Made by a program: the position numbers and the translations under genes. A model generated the notes under the pieces. That model did no database searches, was not told where the DNA came from, and saw nothing but the letters and a program-made list of their open reading frames with translations. Positions 63,243 through 64,000 of a DNA stretch of 64,000 nt are shown one piece after another. Source of the stretch: Pedococcus sp. (GTDB lineage Bacteria > Actinomycetota > Actinomycetes > Actinomycetales > Dermatophilaceae). The stretch's first letter is position 1, and every line of letters begins with the position of its first letter. The stretch is taken from the NCBI RefSeq assembly GCF_036000045.1, contig NZ_DASYGF010000060.1, positions 26,804-90,803 of the forward strand, in the 5' to 3' direction.

Positions 63243-64000
63243 TCAGCCGAACTTGAGCTGGTAGCCCTTGCCCCGCAGGGTGCGCAGCACCTCTTCACAG
63301 TGCTGCGGTCCGCGGGTCTCGAGCTGCAGGCCGATCTCGACCTCGTCCACGGTGATGGTGGTGCCGGTGCGGATGTGCTCGACCTCGAGGACGTTGGCGT
63401 CCACCGCCGCGCAGTCGGCGAGCAGACGTGCCAGGTGCCCGGGGCGGTCCGAGACGCGCACCCGGAACTGCAGGTAGCGCCCCGCCGCTGCCATGCCGTG
63501 CCGGATGATCCGCAGGAGCAGCAGCGGGTCGATGTTGCCGCCGGACAGCACCGCCACGACGGGCCCGTCCATGTGCTGGCCGGCCCGCTCCAGCAGGTGC
63601 GCGACGGCGGCCGCCCCAGCCGGCTCGACGACGAGCTTGGCTCGCTCCAGGACGAAGAGCAGAGCGCGGGAGAGGCTCTCCTCGCTGACCGTCTCCATGC
63701 TGTCGACGAGCTCGCGCACCAGGGCGAAGGGCACCTCGCCCGGCATACCGACCGCGATCCCGTCGGCCATGGTCTGCATGTTCGCGAACGGCACCGGCTT
63801 GCCCGCCGCCAAGGACAAGGGGTATGCCGCGGCCTGCTCGGCCTGCACCCCCACCACCCGGACGTCAGGGCGGGACGCCTTGACCGCCACGGCGATGCCC
63901 GCGAGCAGGCCCCCGCCGCCGGCGCTGACGACGATGGTCTTCACGTCGGGGCACTGGTCGAGGATCTCCAGGCCCGCTGTCCCCTGCCCGGCCACGATGT
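63243..64000 (-). CDS. ilvA: Threonine ammonia-lyase with ACT domain, 3' part
   Basis: AGQGTAGLEI, GGGGLLAG, TMADGIAV, VEPAGAA, LSGGNID, DRPGHL. Confidence 0.9.
   Translation of the reverse strand, partial: IVAGQGTAGLEILDQCPDVKTIVVSAGGGGLLAGIAVAVKASRPDVRVVGVQAEQAAAYPLSLAAGKPVPFANMQTMADGIAVGMPGEVPFALVRELVDSMETVSEESLSRALLFVLERAKLVVEPAGAAAVAHLLERAGQHMDGPVVAVLSGGNIDPLLLLRIIRHGMAAAGRYLQFRVRVSDRPGHLARLLADCAAVDANVLEVEHIRTGTTITVDEVEIGLQLETRGPQHCEEVLRTLRGKGYQLKFG

Overview
A 64-kb chromosomal segment from a high-GC (roughly 72% by eye) actinomycete, probably Micrococcales (Intrasporangiaceae-like; inference). It is mostly conserved actinobacterial backbone: pcrA (partial), udgB, dinB, PspC two-component locus, kdpDE, murT-gatD, guaA/choD/guaB3/guaB, whiB3-like, groES-groEL with two CIRCE operators, tsaDBE-rimI-alr-nnr-acpS-glmS, coaA, fumC, phoH2, uppS, mca, greA and ilvA (partial). 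I saw no rRNA, tRNA, CRISPR array, prophage or intact IS. The most striking unexplained signal is the non-palindromic octamer CGGCATAC/GTATGCCG. I counted 50 exact copies by hand (about 1 per 1.3 kb, against about 2 expected), split evenly between strands. It is embedded in genes even at the cost of rare ATA/TAT/GCA codons and forms inverted pairs in intergenic hairpins, which is how DNA-uptake sequences behave. Other candidates are a PIG-A-like GT4 + PIG-L + flippase glycolipid module, an ECF sigma fused to a membrane/extracellular domain, an ANTAR-tipped hybrid kinase, several probable sRNAs or structured leaders, candidate operators, 13-bp stop-codon tandem repeats and an osmC remnant. All family calls come from motif recognition, not database searches.
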